From NCBI GenBank assembly GCA_019649675.1, contig BOWN01000001.1, positions 209,979 to 273,978 on the forward strand: a stretch of DNA of 64,000 nucleotides. Direction: 5' to 3'. Below are positions 47,498 to 55,726 of the stretch, in pieces. The DNA comes from Cryomorphaceae bacterium (lineage in GTDB: Bacteria > Bacteroidota > Bacteroidia > Flavobacteriales > UBA7430). The number at the start of each line of letters is the position of its first letter. Positions within the stretch are counted from its first letter, which is position 1. Both the position numbers and the translations under genes were made by a program. Under the pieces are notes generated by a model. The model was not told where the DNA came from and made no database searches. It saw only the letters and a list, made by a program, of their open reading frames with translations.

Positions 47498-47965
47498 TTA
47501 ATTAGAGTTAAATATTTGATCCATTTTGATTCTTCTATATTCAAATATAGATTCAAGTTGTTTTTTTATAAATAAAGTGTTTGCAATTCTTCCTATTAAG
47601 CCGAATGGAGGTTTATATGTAACGATATCAGTCATTTTAACTTTATTATCGCCCTCTGATTCAAATAAATGTTGATGATGCCAAAGTGAATATGGTCCAA
47701 TTCGTTGCTCATCAATAAAATATTTGTTTTCTAATACATGTGTTATTTCTGTAACCCAATTAAGTTTTATGTTTAAAATGGGAGCCACATTATATGAAAT
47801 AATCATTCCCGGATATATCTTATTTTTAATTTTAGAAGTGATATTAAATAACATATAATCTGGGGTGATTTTTTTTAAATTCTTGGGAGAGGATGCAAAT
47901 TCCCAAATAGATTTTAAATCTGTATTAAGATATTGAACTGAAGAAAATTGATAATGGCTTTTCAT
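47498..47965 (-). CDS. SRPBCC-family protein (COG4276-like)
   Basis: LKSIWEFASSPKNLKKITP ... FIDEQRIGPYSLWHHQHLFE ... TDIVTYKPPFG. Confidence 0.7.
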   Translation of the reverse strand: MKSHYQFSSVQYLNTDLKSIWEFASSPKNLKKITPDYMLFNITSKIKNKIYPGMIISYNVAPILNIKLNWVTEITHVLENKYFIDEQRIGPYSLWHHQHLFESEGDNKVKMTDIVTYKPPFGLIGRIANTLFIKKQLESIFEYRRIKMDQIFNSN

Positions 47966-47992
47966 ACTTATTTTAAGATCTCAATTTATTTG

Positions 47993-48685
47993 CTAAAGTA
48001 ATCTAGATTTTCCCCCATCAACTTTTATAATTTGACCGGTCATCCATGATGACTCAGTCAATATATATTGAGCAAGACTTGCAATATCATCAGGTTGGCC
48101 GATTCTCGGAATAGGATGAGTAGAAGCAATTCGCTCAACTTTATCTTTGGTATTGAGTAAATGCTCACTTAGTCGTGATTCAATAATTGAAGGAGCAATT
48201 ATATTAAATAGAATTTTAGGCGCATATTCTCTGGCTAGTGAAGTGAATAATCCTTCTAGCGCAGCTTTCGATGTTGCTGTTGAAGCATGAAAATTAAATC
48301 CACTTTGAGCACATACTGATGAAAAGCCTATAACAGATGATAAATTAGACTTCTTAAGGGGTTTCAATAGTAACTGCAGCGATTTAATGAAACCGACAAC
48401 ATTTACTTGAAATTCAAGTTCAAAATCATCTTGCTTAAGGCCTCTAAATGGTTTTAAATTAATTGTGCCAGGACAATAAACAAAACCATCGAGTTTTTCT
48501 GGTAACTCAAAATCAAAAGTATTGGAGTTTTGAATATCATAGAAACCAGTTACTAAATTTGGATGACTTATCATAATATTATTTTTACAATATGTTGCAA
48601 AAACTCGATGGCCACTATTTAAAAGTTTATTAGTTAAATCGAGCCCTATTCCACTGGAAGCTCCCAAAATCAGTACTTCTTTCAT
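47993..48685 (-). CDS. Short-chain dehydrogenase/reductase family protein with Thr at the catalytic-Tyr position
   Basis: ILGASSGIGLDL (TGxxxGxG-like), FSSVCAQSG, then TATSKAAL where classical SDRs have Y...K. Confidence 0.8.
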   Translation of the reverse strand: MKEVLILGASSGIGLDLTNKLLNSGHRVFATYCKNNIMISHPNLVTGFYDIQNSNTFDFELPEKLDGFVYCPGTINLKPFRGLKQDDFELEFQVNVVGFIKSLQLLLKPLKKSNLSSVIGFSSVCAQSGFNFHASTATSKAALEGLFTSLAREYAPKILFNIIAPSIIESRLSEHLLNTKDKVERIASTHPIPRIGQPDDIASLAQYILTESSWMTGQIIKVDGGKSRLL

Positions 48686-48722
48686 ATGAATAACTTTTTT
48701 AAGTAATTTCTATACAAAGTTA
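48686..48722 (-). promoter_or_regulatory. Candidate promoter (-7 box TAACTTTG) overlapped by TTGTATAG-N16-TTATTCAT, abutting the ATG of the SDR-SRPBCC-MerR/B12 operon
   Basis: The minus strand reads TAACTTTGTATAGaaattacttaaaaaagTTATTCAT-ATG. Left half 8/8 and right half 6/8 versus TTATACAA. Confidence 0.45.
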
Positions 48723-48767
48723 GTTTAAAATATTTAATAAAACGAATTAATTATTTGATTATCAGTC

Positions 48768-49298
48768 TTAATTGATAGCAACTTCAATAATTTGCAATTT
48801 AAAATCTGGCTCTTTATTTGAAACTATCATAAATGTTAGTTCAGTAATTAATTTTTTGTCAAAATTTTCTAAGGAAAGAGGGGTGCCTCTAAAAACAGGT
48901 TTAAATTCAGACAAATTCAATGTAATCTGTTGTTCTGAACCGTTAGTTTTGAAATCTTGAGCATAAGAATAATAATTAGAAAGGTTATCTTTAATACGAA
49001 TTTGATAAGTGTTCCCATCACCGATAACTTTCAAATTAATTTTTTCAAAACTATTTAATTGAATTCTTTCACGAGTTCTAATTGAAGCAAATCCTCCATT
49101 AAATTTTGATGATAATTTTCCAAAAAAAATTAATCTATTATTTTGGATTTTAAAGTCACCAATAGAAACTCCACCCATAACATTATCATTAACAATTTCC
49201 CATTGTTTTTGAGAAGCTTCTATTGTAATGGATTCATTTTGACCATTTATTTCATAATTATTCAAAAACACAATGAAAATAAAAAGTAAATTCTTCAT
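48768..49298 (-). CDS. CIA30 (complex I intermediate-associated protein 30)-domain secreted protein
   Basis: WEIVNDNVMGGVSIGDF ... GKLSSKFNGGFASIRT. Likely start MKNLLFIFIVF at 49298, overlapping the upstream stop (ATGA). The ORF track extends to 49340. Confidence 0.75.
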   Translation of the reverse strand: MKNLLFIFIVFLNNYEINGQNESITIEASQKQWEIVNDNVMGGVSIGDFKIQNNRLIFFGKLSSKFNGGFASIRTRERIQLNSFEKINLKVIGDGNTYQIRIKDNLSNYYSYAQDFKTNGSEQQITLNLSEFKPVFRGTPLSLENFDKKLITELTFMIVSNKEPDFKLQIIEVAIN

Positions 49299-50065
49299 AA
49301 TGAAGCGAATAAAATAAAGGAGATAATCGAAAATATACAATAACCAGCATGTAGTTTAATCGTGTCCCAATTCGCTGTTACAAGAGATCTATTATTATAA
49401 TTTTTAAATATATGAACTGTGATTTTACTCCCATAAACTAAAACAAATAAAAGAGGTAAAAATAAAATTGGATTTAGAGTAATAGCTGAATAAAAGGTAA
49501 TCAACGCTATTATAATTAAATTGAATAAATATATGTATCGGCTATTTTTTTTACCAAAAGTTACCACTAAATGATTTTTACCAGTTTTTAAATCTCCCTC
49601 ATAGTCAGGAAATTCATTTATGAGTAAAATATTTGTTGTAAGTAGTCCAATCGGCAAGCTTAATAAGAGTAAATCATTGAAGTAACTTGATACAAAAAAA
49701 TTACCATTAAAAATTGCAAAACTAGTACCTAAAACCATAAGTGGTCCAAATACAGTAAATATTGAAATTTCACCTAACCCGTTTCTTGCAACTAATCTAA
49801 TTGGTGGTGCTGTGTAAAAGTATCCTAAAAATAATGCTGATATTGTAATTATAACTATTGGAATAATATTATCAATATAAGCATTAAATAAAGTAATTGT
49901 TCCGAATAAAACTGCAGTAATAATTAGTAAAATAGCTGATGATTTAGTTTTAGCAATGGAAATTAAACCAAGTTCTATTGCCCTACTCCCTCCAGATACC
50001 TGTTGAAAATAATTATAGTTTCCTGAGTCAGTACCATCAATATTATCGAAATAATCATTGAACAT
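49295..50065 (-). CDS. UbiA-superfamily (MenA-like) prenyltransferase domain, C-terminal fragment of a PAS-UbiA fusion (gene span 49295-50586)
   Basis: NMFNDYFDNIDGTD and INEFPDYEGDLKTGKNHLVV Asp-rich motifs and about 8 TM helices. The frame is open upstream to ~50160. Confidence 0.8.
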   Translation of the reverse strand: MFNDYFDNIDGTDSGNYNYFQQVSGGSRAIELGLISIAKTKSSAILLIITAVLFGTITLFNAYIDNIIPIVIITISALFLGYFYTAPPIRLVARNGLGEISIFTVFGPLMVLGTSFAIFNGNFFVSSYFNDLLLLSLPIGLLTTNILLINEFPDYEGDLKTGKNHLVVTFGKKNSRYIYLFNLIIIALITFYSAITLNPILFLPLLFVLVYGSKITVHIFKNYNNRSLVTANWDTIKLHAGYCIFSIISFILFASL

Positions 50066-50163
50066 ATTTGTCGATAAGTGAGCAAATAAAACACCGACAA
50101 TACAAAGGAAAAAATTTATTAAAGAAAATGAATTTGCACTAATTGAGTAAAAATAAGAAGCGA

Positions 50164-50646
50164 CTAAAAAAAAATTGGCAATATCGAGGCTGATGTAAAC
50201 GGCATTCTAGTAATTGCAAGAAGTTTAATTAGCTTGGTAGTCATTGAAATAGGTACTTCAACACTTTCATCGATTACTTCAGTTACGCCACAATATCCGT
50301 TTTGCACTTTATTTTTATCTTTAGAATAGGTTGGCGTAATACTAATTTTAGCATTAATTTTTTTTCCTTCCTTGTTTATAAAAATAGTTTTTCCTGAGTA
50401 TTCTCCTTTTTTTGATGCAATATCTAGCCATGAGGCTACATTTTGAAGAACTATTTCACCTGGCGAGAATAGTGACACTCTTTGTTTTCCAATTAATTCG
50501 TGTTTTTGATATCCAAATATCTTTTCAGCACCGGTATTCATAGTAAGAATGATACCTTCCATATCACAAGTTATAATACTTTTCATTTTTGTATAGTTTT
50601 TATTACGAATAATTATACAAATATAAGCATTATAGATGTCTAGCAC
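50164..50646 (-). CDS. PAS domain plus first UbiA helix, N-terminal fragment of the PAS-UbiA fusion (likely start 50586)
   Basis: MKSIITCDMEGIILTMNTGAEKIFGYQKHELIGKQRVSLFSPGE...INAKISITP (PAS fold) runs without a stop into LLAITRMPFTSASILPIF. The break is an A9/T9 run at 50166-50174. Confidence 0.75.
   Translation of the reverse strand: MLDIYNAYICIIIRNKNYTKMKSIITCDMEGIILTMNTGAEKIFGYQKHELIGKQRVSLFSPGEIVLQNVASWLDIASKKGEYSGKTIFINKEGKKINAKISITPTYSKDKNKVQNGYCGVTEVIDESVEVPISMTTKLIKLLAITRMPFTSASILPIFF
50589..50625 (-). promoter_or_regulatory. Candidate promoter (-7 box TATATTTG) overlapped by TTGTATAA-N16-CTATACAA, 2 nt from the PAS-UbiA ATG
   Basis: The plus strand reads TTGTATAG (50589-50596), N16, TTATACAA (50613-50620), the same spacing as at 55646. 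Confidence 0.55.
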
Positions 50647-50797
50647 AAATATTATCGTAAAACCTATTTTGAGTGGTGAAATTAAAATTTTGAGATTTTA
50701 GAAAACAAAAAATCTATGATGAAAAAATATTGATCAAATATTCAAGAAATAAAGTAATTTTAAAGAAACATCAGAAATATAAATAGAATTGCTGTAA

Positions 50798-51083
50798 TTA
50801 TTTGTCACATGATGAAATCTTATCAATTAATTTAGCTAATTGGTAGTCTTTTTTAGTGATATTGTTTTGTAAGTCGTGGGTACATAAAGATAACTTGACC
50901 TTGATTATAACAATTATAAATTTCTGGATGGTGATTCACTTCATTACAAATTTTTTGAATTTCATTTAGAAATGAAATCGCCTCATTAAAATCACTAAAC
51001 TCAAAAGACTTAACTAATTTTCCATTGTCCTCTATCCACATTTTAAAATAATTTTCTGTAAAGTTCTGAAATAATTTTAACAA
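50798..51083 (-). CDS. Pterin-4a-carbinolamine dehydratase (PCD/DCoH), frameshifted near the C-terminus (intact piece 50853-51083)
   Basis: FEFSDFNEAISFLNEIQKICNEVNHHPEIYNCYN. The shifted frame gives LSLCTHDLQNNITKKDYQLAKLID. Confidence 0.8.
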
Positions 51084-51300
51084 TAAATAAGTGCATTTAA
51101 TGCGTACGAATTCAATTCCAGTGTGTATTTTCTTTTTAGTTTATTATATTATTTCTAAACACTATGAAACTGAATCATAAAATTTAATTAAATAAATTAA
51201 TTAAAGTTTGAAAGTTATTTTTGTATTTTACTAAAATATCACGTTTATATTTAAATCACTTACACTAAGATCTGACAATCAAAAAAGATATTTATAATTA

Positions 51301-52071
51301 ATGTCCAAATTACCTAAAGAACACAGATTTATTGACTTTTCAGATTATGGAAGACCGCTAGCTAGACTGATTGCAAATTCATTAAAGAATACCTCATTCA
51401 CACCTATCCACGTGACAATTAGTTTTATAATTTCCGGATTATTTGGTGTTTTTTTCATTTTAAAAGGATACTATTGGTATGCTGCATTTTTTTTAATTTT
51501 AAAATCTATATTGGATGCTGCAGACGGGGAATTAGCTAGGATAAAAAAACAACCTTCTTACACAGGTCGCTATTTTGATTCTATATCAGATATTATATTA
51601 AATGCTTTAATATTTATCTCTATATGGCTAGTTGTAAATACTAATGTTTGGATATTAGTATTTTCTTTTTTTGGATTGCAATTACAAGGAACACTTTACA
51701 ATTATTATTATACGATTTTAAGAAATAAACTAAATGGGGATAAAACAAGTCGAATTTTTGAAGATAAAGCTCCTATCGCTCTTGAAGGTGAAAAACAAAA
51801 TAATGTAAACACCTGTTTTTTTATTTATAAGTTCTTGTATGGCACTTTCGATAAAATTATTTACAAACTTGATAAAAATGCCCAGATAGACTGTAAAATT
51901 CCTAATTGGTTAATGACTTGTATATCAACATTTGGTTTGGGTTTTCAATTACTATTTATTTCAGCTATACTGGTAATTGGATTTATAGATTTTATACTCT
52001 ATTTTTTTTTAATTTATACTGTTTTTTGTCTTTATTTTTATAGGGATACGCAGAGGTTTTTTATTAGGTAA
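51301..52071 (+). CDS. CDP-alcohol phosphatidyltransferase family protein
   Basis: DAADGELARIKKQPSYTGRYFDSISDIILNA fits D-G-x2-A-R-x8-G-x3-D-x3-D. Multi-TM protein. Confidence 0.8.
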   Translation: MSKLPKEHRFIDFSDYGRPLARLIANSLKNTSFTPIHVTISFIISGLFGVFFILKGYYWYAAFFLILKSILDAADGELARIKKQPSYTGRYFDSISDIILNALIFISIWLVVNTNVWILVFSFFGLQLQGTLYNYYYTILRNKLNGDKTSRIFEDKAPIALEGEKQNNVNTCFFIYKFLYGTFDKIIYKLDKNAQIDCKIPNWLMTCISTFGLGFQLLFISAILVIGFIDFILYFFLIYTVFCLYFYRDTQRFFIR

Positions 52072-52326
52072 ATTCAAAATTATTTTGAAGTTTAAATAAG
52101 TATTAACAGGTTCTTCGGACTTGTATCTATATATATCTATGGAATAAAAAAACTTAATGTTTGACCAATTTTTATAACTATAAAGCGTTAAAAAAATAAT
52201 TTTCCATCAAAATTATTCTATTGTACAATAAATAAATTCAGTTATTATCTAAACTGTTTATTTACCGGATCAGATGTCATTGATGAAAACTTTAGTTAAT
52301 TAGAAAAGTATATCACAAAACGAATT

Positions 52327-53013
52327 TTATTCTGTAAAACTTGTAGAGAGTTTAATATAGTCAAGAAATTCTTGTTTTGTATTCTTATTTTTAAAAACAC
52401 CACCATATTCTGAGGTTACAGTAGAACTAGTCACATCTTTAATACCTCGCTGATTAACACATAAATGTTTTGCGTCAATAACACAAGCTACGTCATCTGT
52501 TTTGAGCACATCTTGGAGTTCTCTAACAATTTGAAGAGTTAATCTTTCTTGTACCTGTGGTCGATTAGCATAATATTGAACTATTCGATTCATTTTAGAT
52601 AAACCAATGACATTTCCATTAGATATATATCCAATATGTGCTTTACCGACAATTGGTAGCAAATGATGCTCACAAGTTGAGAAGAGAGTAATGTTTTTTT
52701 CAACTAATATTTCTCCATATTTGTACTTATTTTCAAATATTGAAGCATGGGGTTTATTTTTAGGATTCAATCCGCTAAATATTTCATTCACGTACATCTT
52801 GGCTACTCTTTTAGGAGTTCCTTTTAAGCTATCATCAGTCAAATCCATTCCCAAGGCAAATAAAATATTTGCCACGTTTTCCTCAATAATCTTTAATTTA
52901 TCTCCATCAGACATTTTAAAAGCATCTTTTCGTAATGGAGTTTCAGTAGACGAAGATAGATGATTATCACCTATTATATCCTCAATAGTTTTTACTTCTT
53001 TTTGCGATAACAT
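52327..53013 (-). CDS. folE: GTP cyclohydrolase I
   Basis: LFSTCEHHLLPIVGKAHIGY, MNRIVQYYANRPQVQERLT, HLCVNQRG. Confidence 0.95.
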   Translation of the reverse strand: MLSQKEVKTIEDIIGDNHLSSSTETPLRKDAFKMSDGDKLKIIEENVANILFALGMDLTDDSLKGTPKRVAKMYVNEIFSGLNPKNKPHASIFENKYKYGEILVEKNITLFSTCEHHLLPIVGKAHIGYISNGNVIGLSKMNRIVQYYANRPQVQERLTLQIVRELQDVLKTDDVACVIDAKHLCVNQRGIKDVTSSTVTSEYGGVFKNKNTKQEFLDYIKLSTSFTE

Positions 53014-53152
53014 TAGTATAATTTTTATTTTGGTTGCGTGTAAAATAATTTTAATTATCTCAGTTGAGATAACTTTTTATTTAGTGATAAACTAAAAATT
53101 CTATTTCTAACTTTTTGAAAGGTTATATTACTCAAATTTATAAGTTTAAATC

Positions 53153-53569
53153 TTACCCATAATATTCTACAAAATTATTTTCAGTTTCATGAAGTCTAAC
53201 AGAATGTAATTGCTTACCAAGCTTCTTAATATCATCATAAAGTTCATTGTAAATACCTATTACAATATTCTCAGCGCTAGTGATAACGTTCTTAAGAAAA
53301 TCAACTTCTAGGTTTAAGTTTTTATGATCCATTTTATCTGTTATTTTTGATTTTATTAAGTCACTTAAAACTTTCATATCAATGACATATCCGGTCTCAA
53401 CATCAACTGTTCCTTTGACAGTTACAAAGACCTCATAATTATGACCATGCCAATTTTTATTTGAACATTTTCCAAAAATAGACTCATTTTTATTATCATT
53501 CCATGAAGGATTAAATAGCCTATGTGCTGCGTTAAAACGCTCTCTTCTTATGACAAAAACTTCTTTCAT
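53153..53569 (-). CDS. 6-pyruvoyl-tetrahydropterin synthase / QueD-family protein
   Basis: FNAAHRL ... GKCSNKNWHGHNYEVFVTVKG ... LDHKNLN. Confidence 0.85.
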   Translation of the reverse strand: MKEVFVIRRERFNAAHRLFNPSWNDNKNESIFGKCSNKNWHGHNYEVFVTVKGTVDVETGYVIDMKVLSDLIKSKITDKMDHKNLNLEVDFLKNVITSAENIVIGIYNELYDDIKKLGKQLHSVRLHETENNFVEYYG

Positions 53570-53585
53570 CTGAATATCTTAAAAC

Positions 53586-53644
53586 AAATTGAATCATCAG
53601 TATATCAATTCCAAATATGAATCAATTTACTGATGATTCAATTT
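53586..53644 (-). terminator. 17-bp perfect-stem hairpin between the FAS1 gene and the PTPS gene
   Basis: AAATTGAATCATCAGTA (53586-53602) pairs with TACTGATGATTCAATTT (53628-53644). The minus strand continues GTTTTAAG. Confidence 0.6.
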
Positions 53645-53652
53645 TATTATTA

Positions 53653-54987
53653 TTAATTTTCAACACAATATCTTTTAACTACTTTGCCTGATGAGTAAAC
53701 ATCAAAAATAATTTGATGAAAAAGTACATTTGTTATCTTTCTTCCCATAATATCTATCGAATATAAGTAGTCATCTTGTGATGGTAATATATTTACATCA
53801 TAAATATTTAAATCACTAGGAACAAGAACTGCATCAATAACATGAACAACACCATTATCTGTTTCAATATCAGCAATACTTACATTAGCATTGTCTATTT
53901 GTACCATACCATCCATTATACTCACTGTTAGTTCAGTACCTGCCAAAGTTGGAACCATCATTCCATTGGATAAATCAGTAGAAAGTACATTACCTGCGTG
54001 AACATGATGAGTAAGTATAGTTGTTAAATCTCCTGTTGGGTCTTCTAATAACTGAGCAATTAATCCTTCAGGTAATAATGCAAATGCAGCATCTGTTGGA
54101 GCAAAAACAGTAAATGGTCCATCACCGCTCAATGTTTCAACTAATCCAGCTGCTACAACTGCTGCTTCTAATGTTGTGTGATTCTCTGAATTCACTACCA
54201 CATCTACAACTGTTGTTGGTTCTTCCTCTTCGGGTACAAGAACTGCATCAATAACATGAACAACACCATTATCTGTTTCAATATCAGCAATACTTACATT
54301 AGCATTGTCTATTTGTACCATACCATCCATTATACTCACTGTTAGTTCAGTACCTGCCAAAGTTGGAACCATCATTCCATTGGATAAATCAGTAGAAAGT
54401 ACATTACCTGCGTGTACATGATGAGTAAGTATAGTTGTTAAATCTCCTGTTGGGTCTTCTAATAACTGAGCAATTAATCCTTCAGGTAATAATGCAAATG
54501 CAGCATCTGTTGGAGCAAAAACAGTAAATGGTCCATCACCGCTCAATGTTTCAACTAATCCAGCTGCTACAACTGCTGCTTCTAATGTTGTGTGATTCTC
54601 TGAATTCACTACCACATCTACAACTGTTGTTGATTGACTAGGTTGTACAGTAATAGAACTAACCATTCCCAAAGCAGCATGGTTTCCAATTGAACAGTCG
54701 TAAGTAAATGAACCAGAGGTATTGAAAGTTATACATCCCAAATTACCACCAGAATTTGGAGACAAATATTGGTCAACTAAGTCTTGTGGATTCCCATAAC
54801 CTGCAAAATTTACATCATGATAACCATCTTCATTGAACCAACATACTTCATCTCCAACATAAATCGTTTCATTTACAGTTGAGAAGTAATAATTCCCGGC
54901 AATAACATTATGGGTTGTTTGGGCAATTGTAGAAAATGGGATAATCAAGATTATGGCAAACAAGTTTTTTGTAAATAAATTTTTCAT
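53653..54987 (-). CDS. Secreted cupredoxin-like domain + 2x fasciclin (FAS1) protein with compact T9SS-type tail
   Basis: YDCSIGNHAALGM (C-x4-H-x4-M), two FAS1 units (GPFTVFAPTDAAFALLP...VIDAVLVP), tail LYSIDIMGRKITNVLFHQIIFDVYSSGKVVKRY. Confidence 0.8.
   Translation of the reverse strand: MKNLFTKNLFAIILIIPFSTIAQTTHNVIAGNYYFSTVNETIYVGDEVCWFNEDGYHDVNFAGYGNPQDLVDQYLSPNSGGNLGCITFNTSGSFTYDCSIGNHAALGMVSSITVQPSQSTTVVDVVVNSENHTTLEAAVVAAGLVETLSGDGPFTVFAPTDAAFALLPEGLIAQLLEDPTGDLTTILTHHVHAGNVLSTDLSNGMMVPTLAGTELTVSIMDGMVQIDNANVSIADIETDNGVVHVIDAVLVPEEEEPTTVVDVVVNSENHTTLEAAVVAAGLVETLSGDGPFTVFAPTDAAFALLPEGLIAQLLEDPTGDLTTILTHHVHAGNVLSTDLSNGMMVPTLAGTELTVSIMDGMVQIDNANVSIADIETDNGVVHVIDAVLVPSDLNIYDVNILPSQDDYLYSIDIMGRKITNVLFHQIIFDVYSSGKVVKRYCVEN
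53815..54645 (-). repeat. Tandem 414-bp (138-aa) near-identical duplication encoding the two FAS1 domains
   Basis: acaagaactgcatcaataacatgaacaacacc occurs at 53822 and 54236 (period 414). I noticed only one or two differences (gcgtgaacatg versus gcgtgtacatg). Confidence 0.9.
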
Positions 54988-55011
54988 AGTTAAAATATTT
55001 GAAATTTAGAT

Positions 55012-55626
55012 TTAGTAATTAATATTGACTGAAATAGTGAAATCATCATAAATCATTTTATCACCAAGGTTTTTAAAAAATGATCCTGAACTATATTTTA
55101 TGTCAAACTTGGTTCTATCAATATTTATTTCAGCAGTTGCTACATTATTATTAAGTTCTGTTTCGAATTCTATTGTTTCAGTAACATCTTTAATAGTTAG
55201 ATTGGCAACAACGTTGTACTTGTTGTTATTTAATTTGGTACAATCAGTGATCTTCAGAGTTGATAATGGATAGTCCTTAACATTAAAAAAATCATCAGAG
55301 TTCAAATGCTCTTCAAGTTTATTTTTGTAAGGACCACTTAAATCTGTGCAATTTATTGTTAACATGTCAATGATAACTTCACCGCCAGTAAGTTCATCAT
55401 TATCAAACGTAAGATTTGCAGCTTTTATGTTGATTACTCCCTCGTGAAATCCAGTAACCTTTTCACCTTTCCATTTAACAGTACTACTTTCAGTATTTAC
55501 TAATACAACTTCATCATTAGCTAAATAAGTAGTTTTATTAAAACTGTTAAATGTAAAGTCTAGTGCCAATGAACTTAATGAAATCATAAGAATGGTTGAC
55601 AATAAATAGTAATTAATTTTTTTCAT
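55012..55626 (-). CDS. YceI-like (polyisoprenoid-binding) periplasmic protein
   Basis: ESSTVKWKGEKVTGFHEGVINIKAANLTFDNDELTGGEVIIDMLTINC ... LTIKDVT. Confidence 0.8.
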   Translation of the reverse strand: MKKINYYLLSTILMISLSSLALDFTFNSFNKTTYLANDEVVLVNTESSTVKWKGEKVTGFHEGVINIKAANLTFDNDELTGGEVIIDMLTINCTDLSGPYKNKLEEHLNSDDFFNVKDYPLSTLKITDCTKLNNNKYNVVANLTIKDVTETIEFETELNNNVATAEINIDRTKFDIKYSSGSFFKNLGDKMIYDDFTISVNINY

Positions 55627-55640
55627 AACAAATAAGTTTT

Positions 55641-55677
55641 TAATTTTGTATAGATTTTAAAAGGCAAAGTTATACAA
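55641..55677 (+). promoter_or_regulatory. Candidate promoter (-7 box TAATTTTG) overlapped by TTGTATAG-N16-TTATACAA in the yceI/azurin divergent region
   Basis: Half-sites at 55646-55653 and 55670-55677. An extra TTATACAA lies at 55693-55700. Confidence 0.55.
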
Positions 55678-55726
55678 AAGTTTTTTAAATAGTTATACAA
55701 ATTTTTAATTTTTAAACGAAAAAAAA

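Noticed and set aside
50200-50586. PAS domain of the prenyltransferase fusion as a LOV blue-light sensor
   Set aside because: The LOV signature around the flavin-binding cysteine (GRNCRFLQ-like) is absent. The corresponding stretch reads GKQRVSLFSPGE, so no light-sensing claim can be made from sequence.
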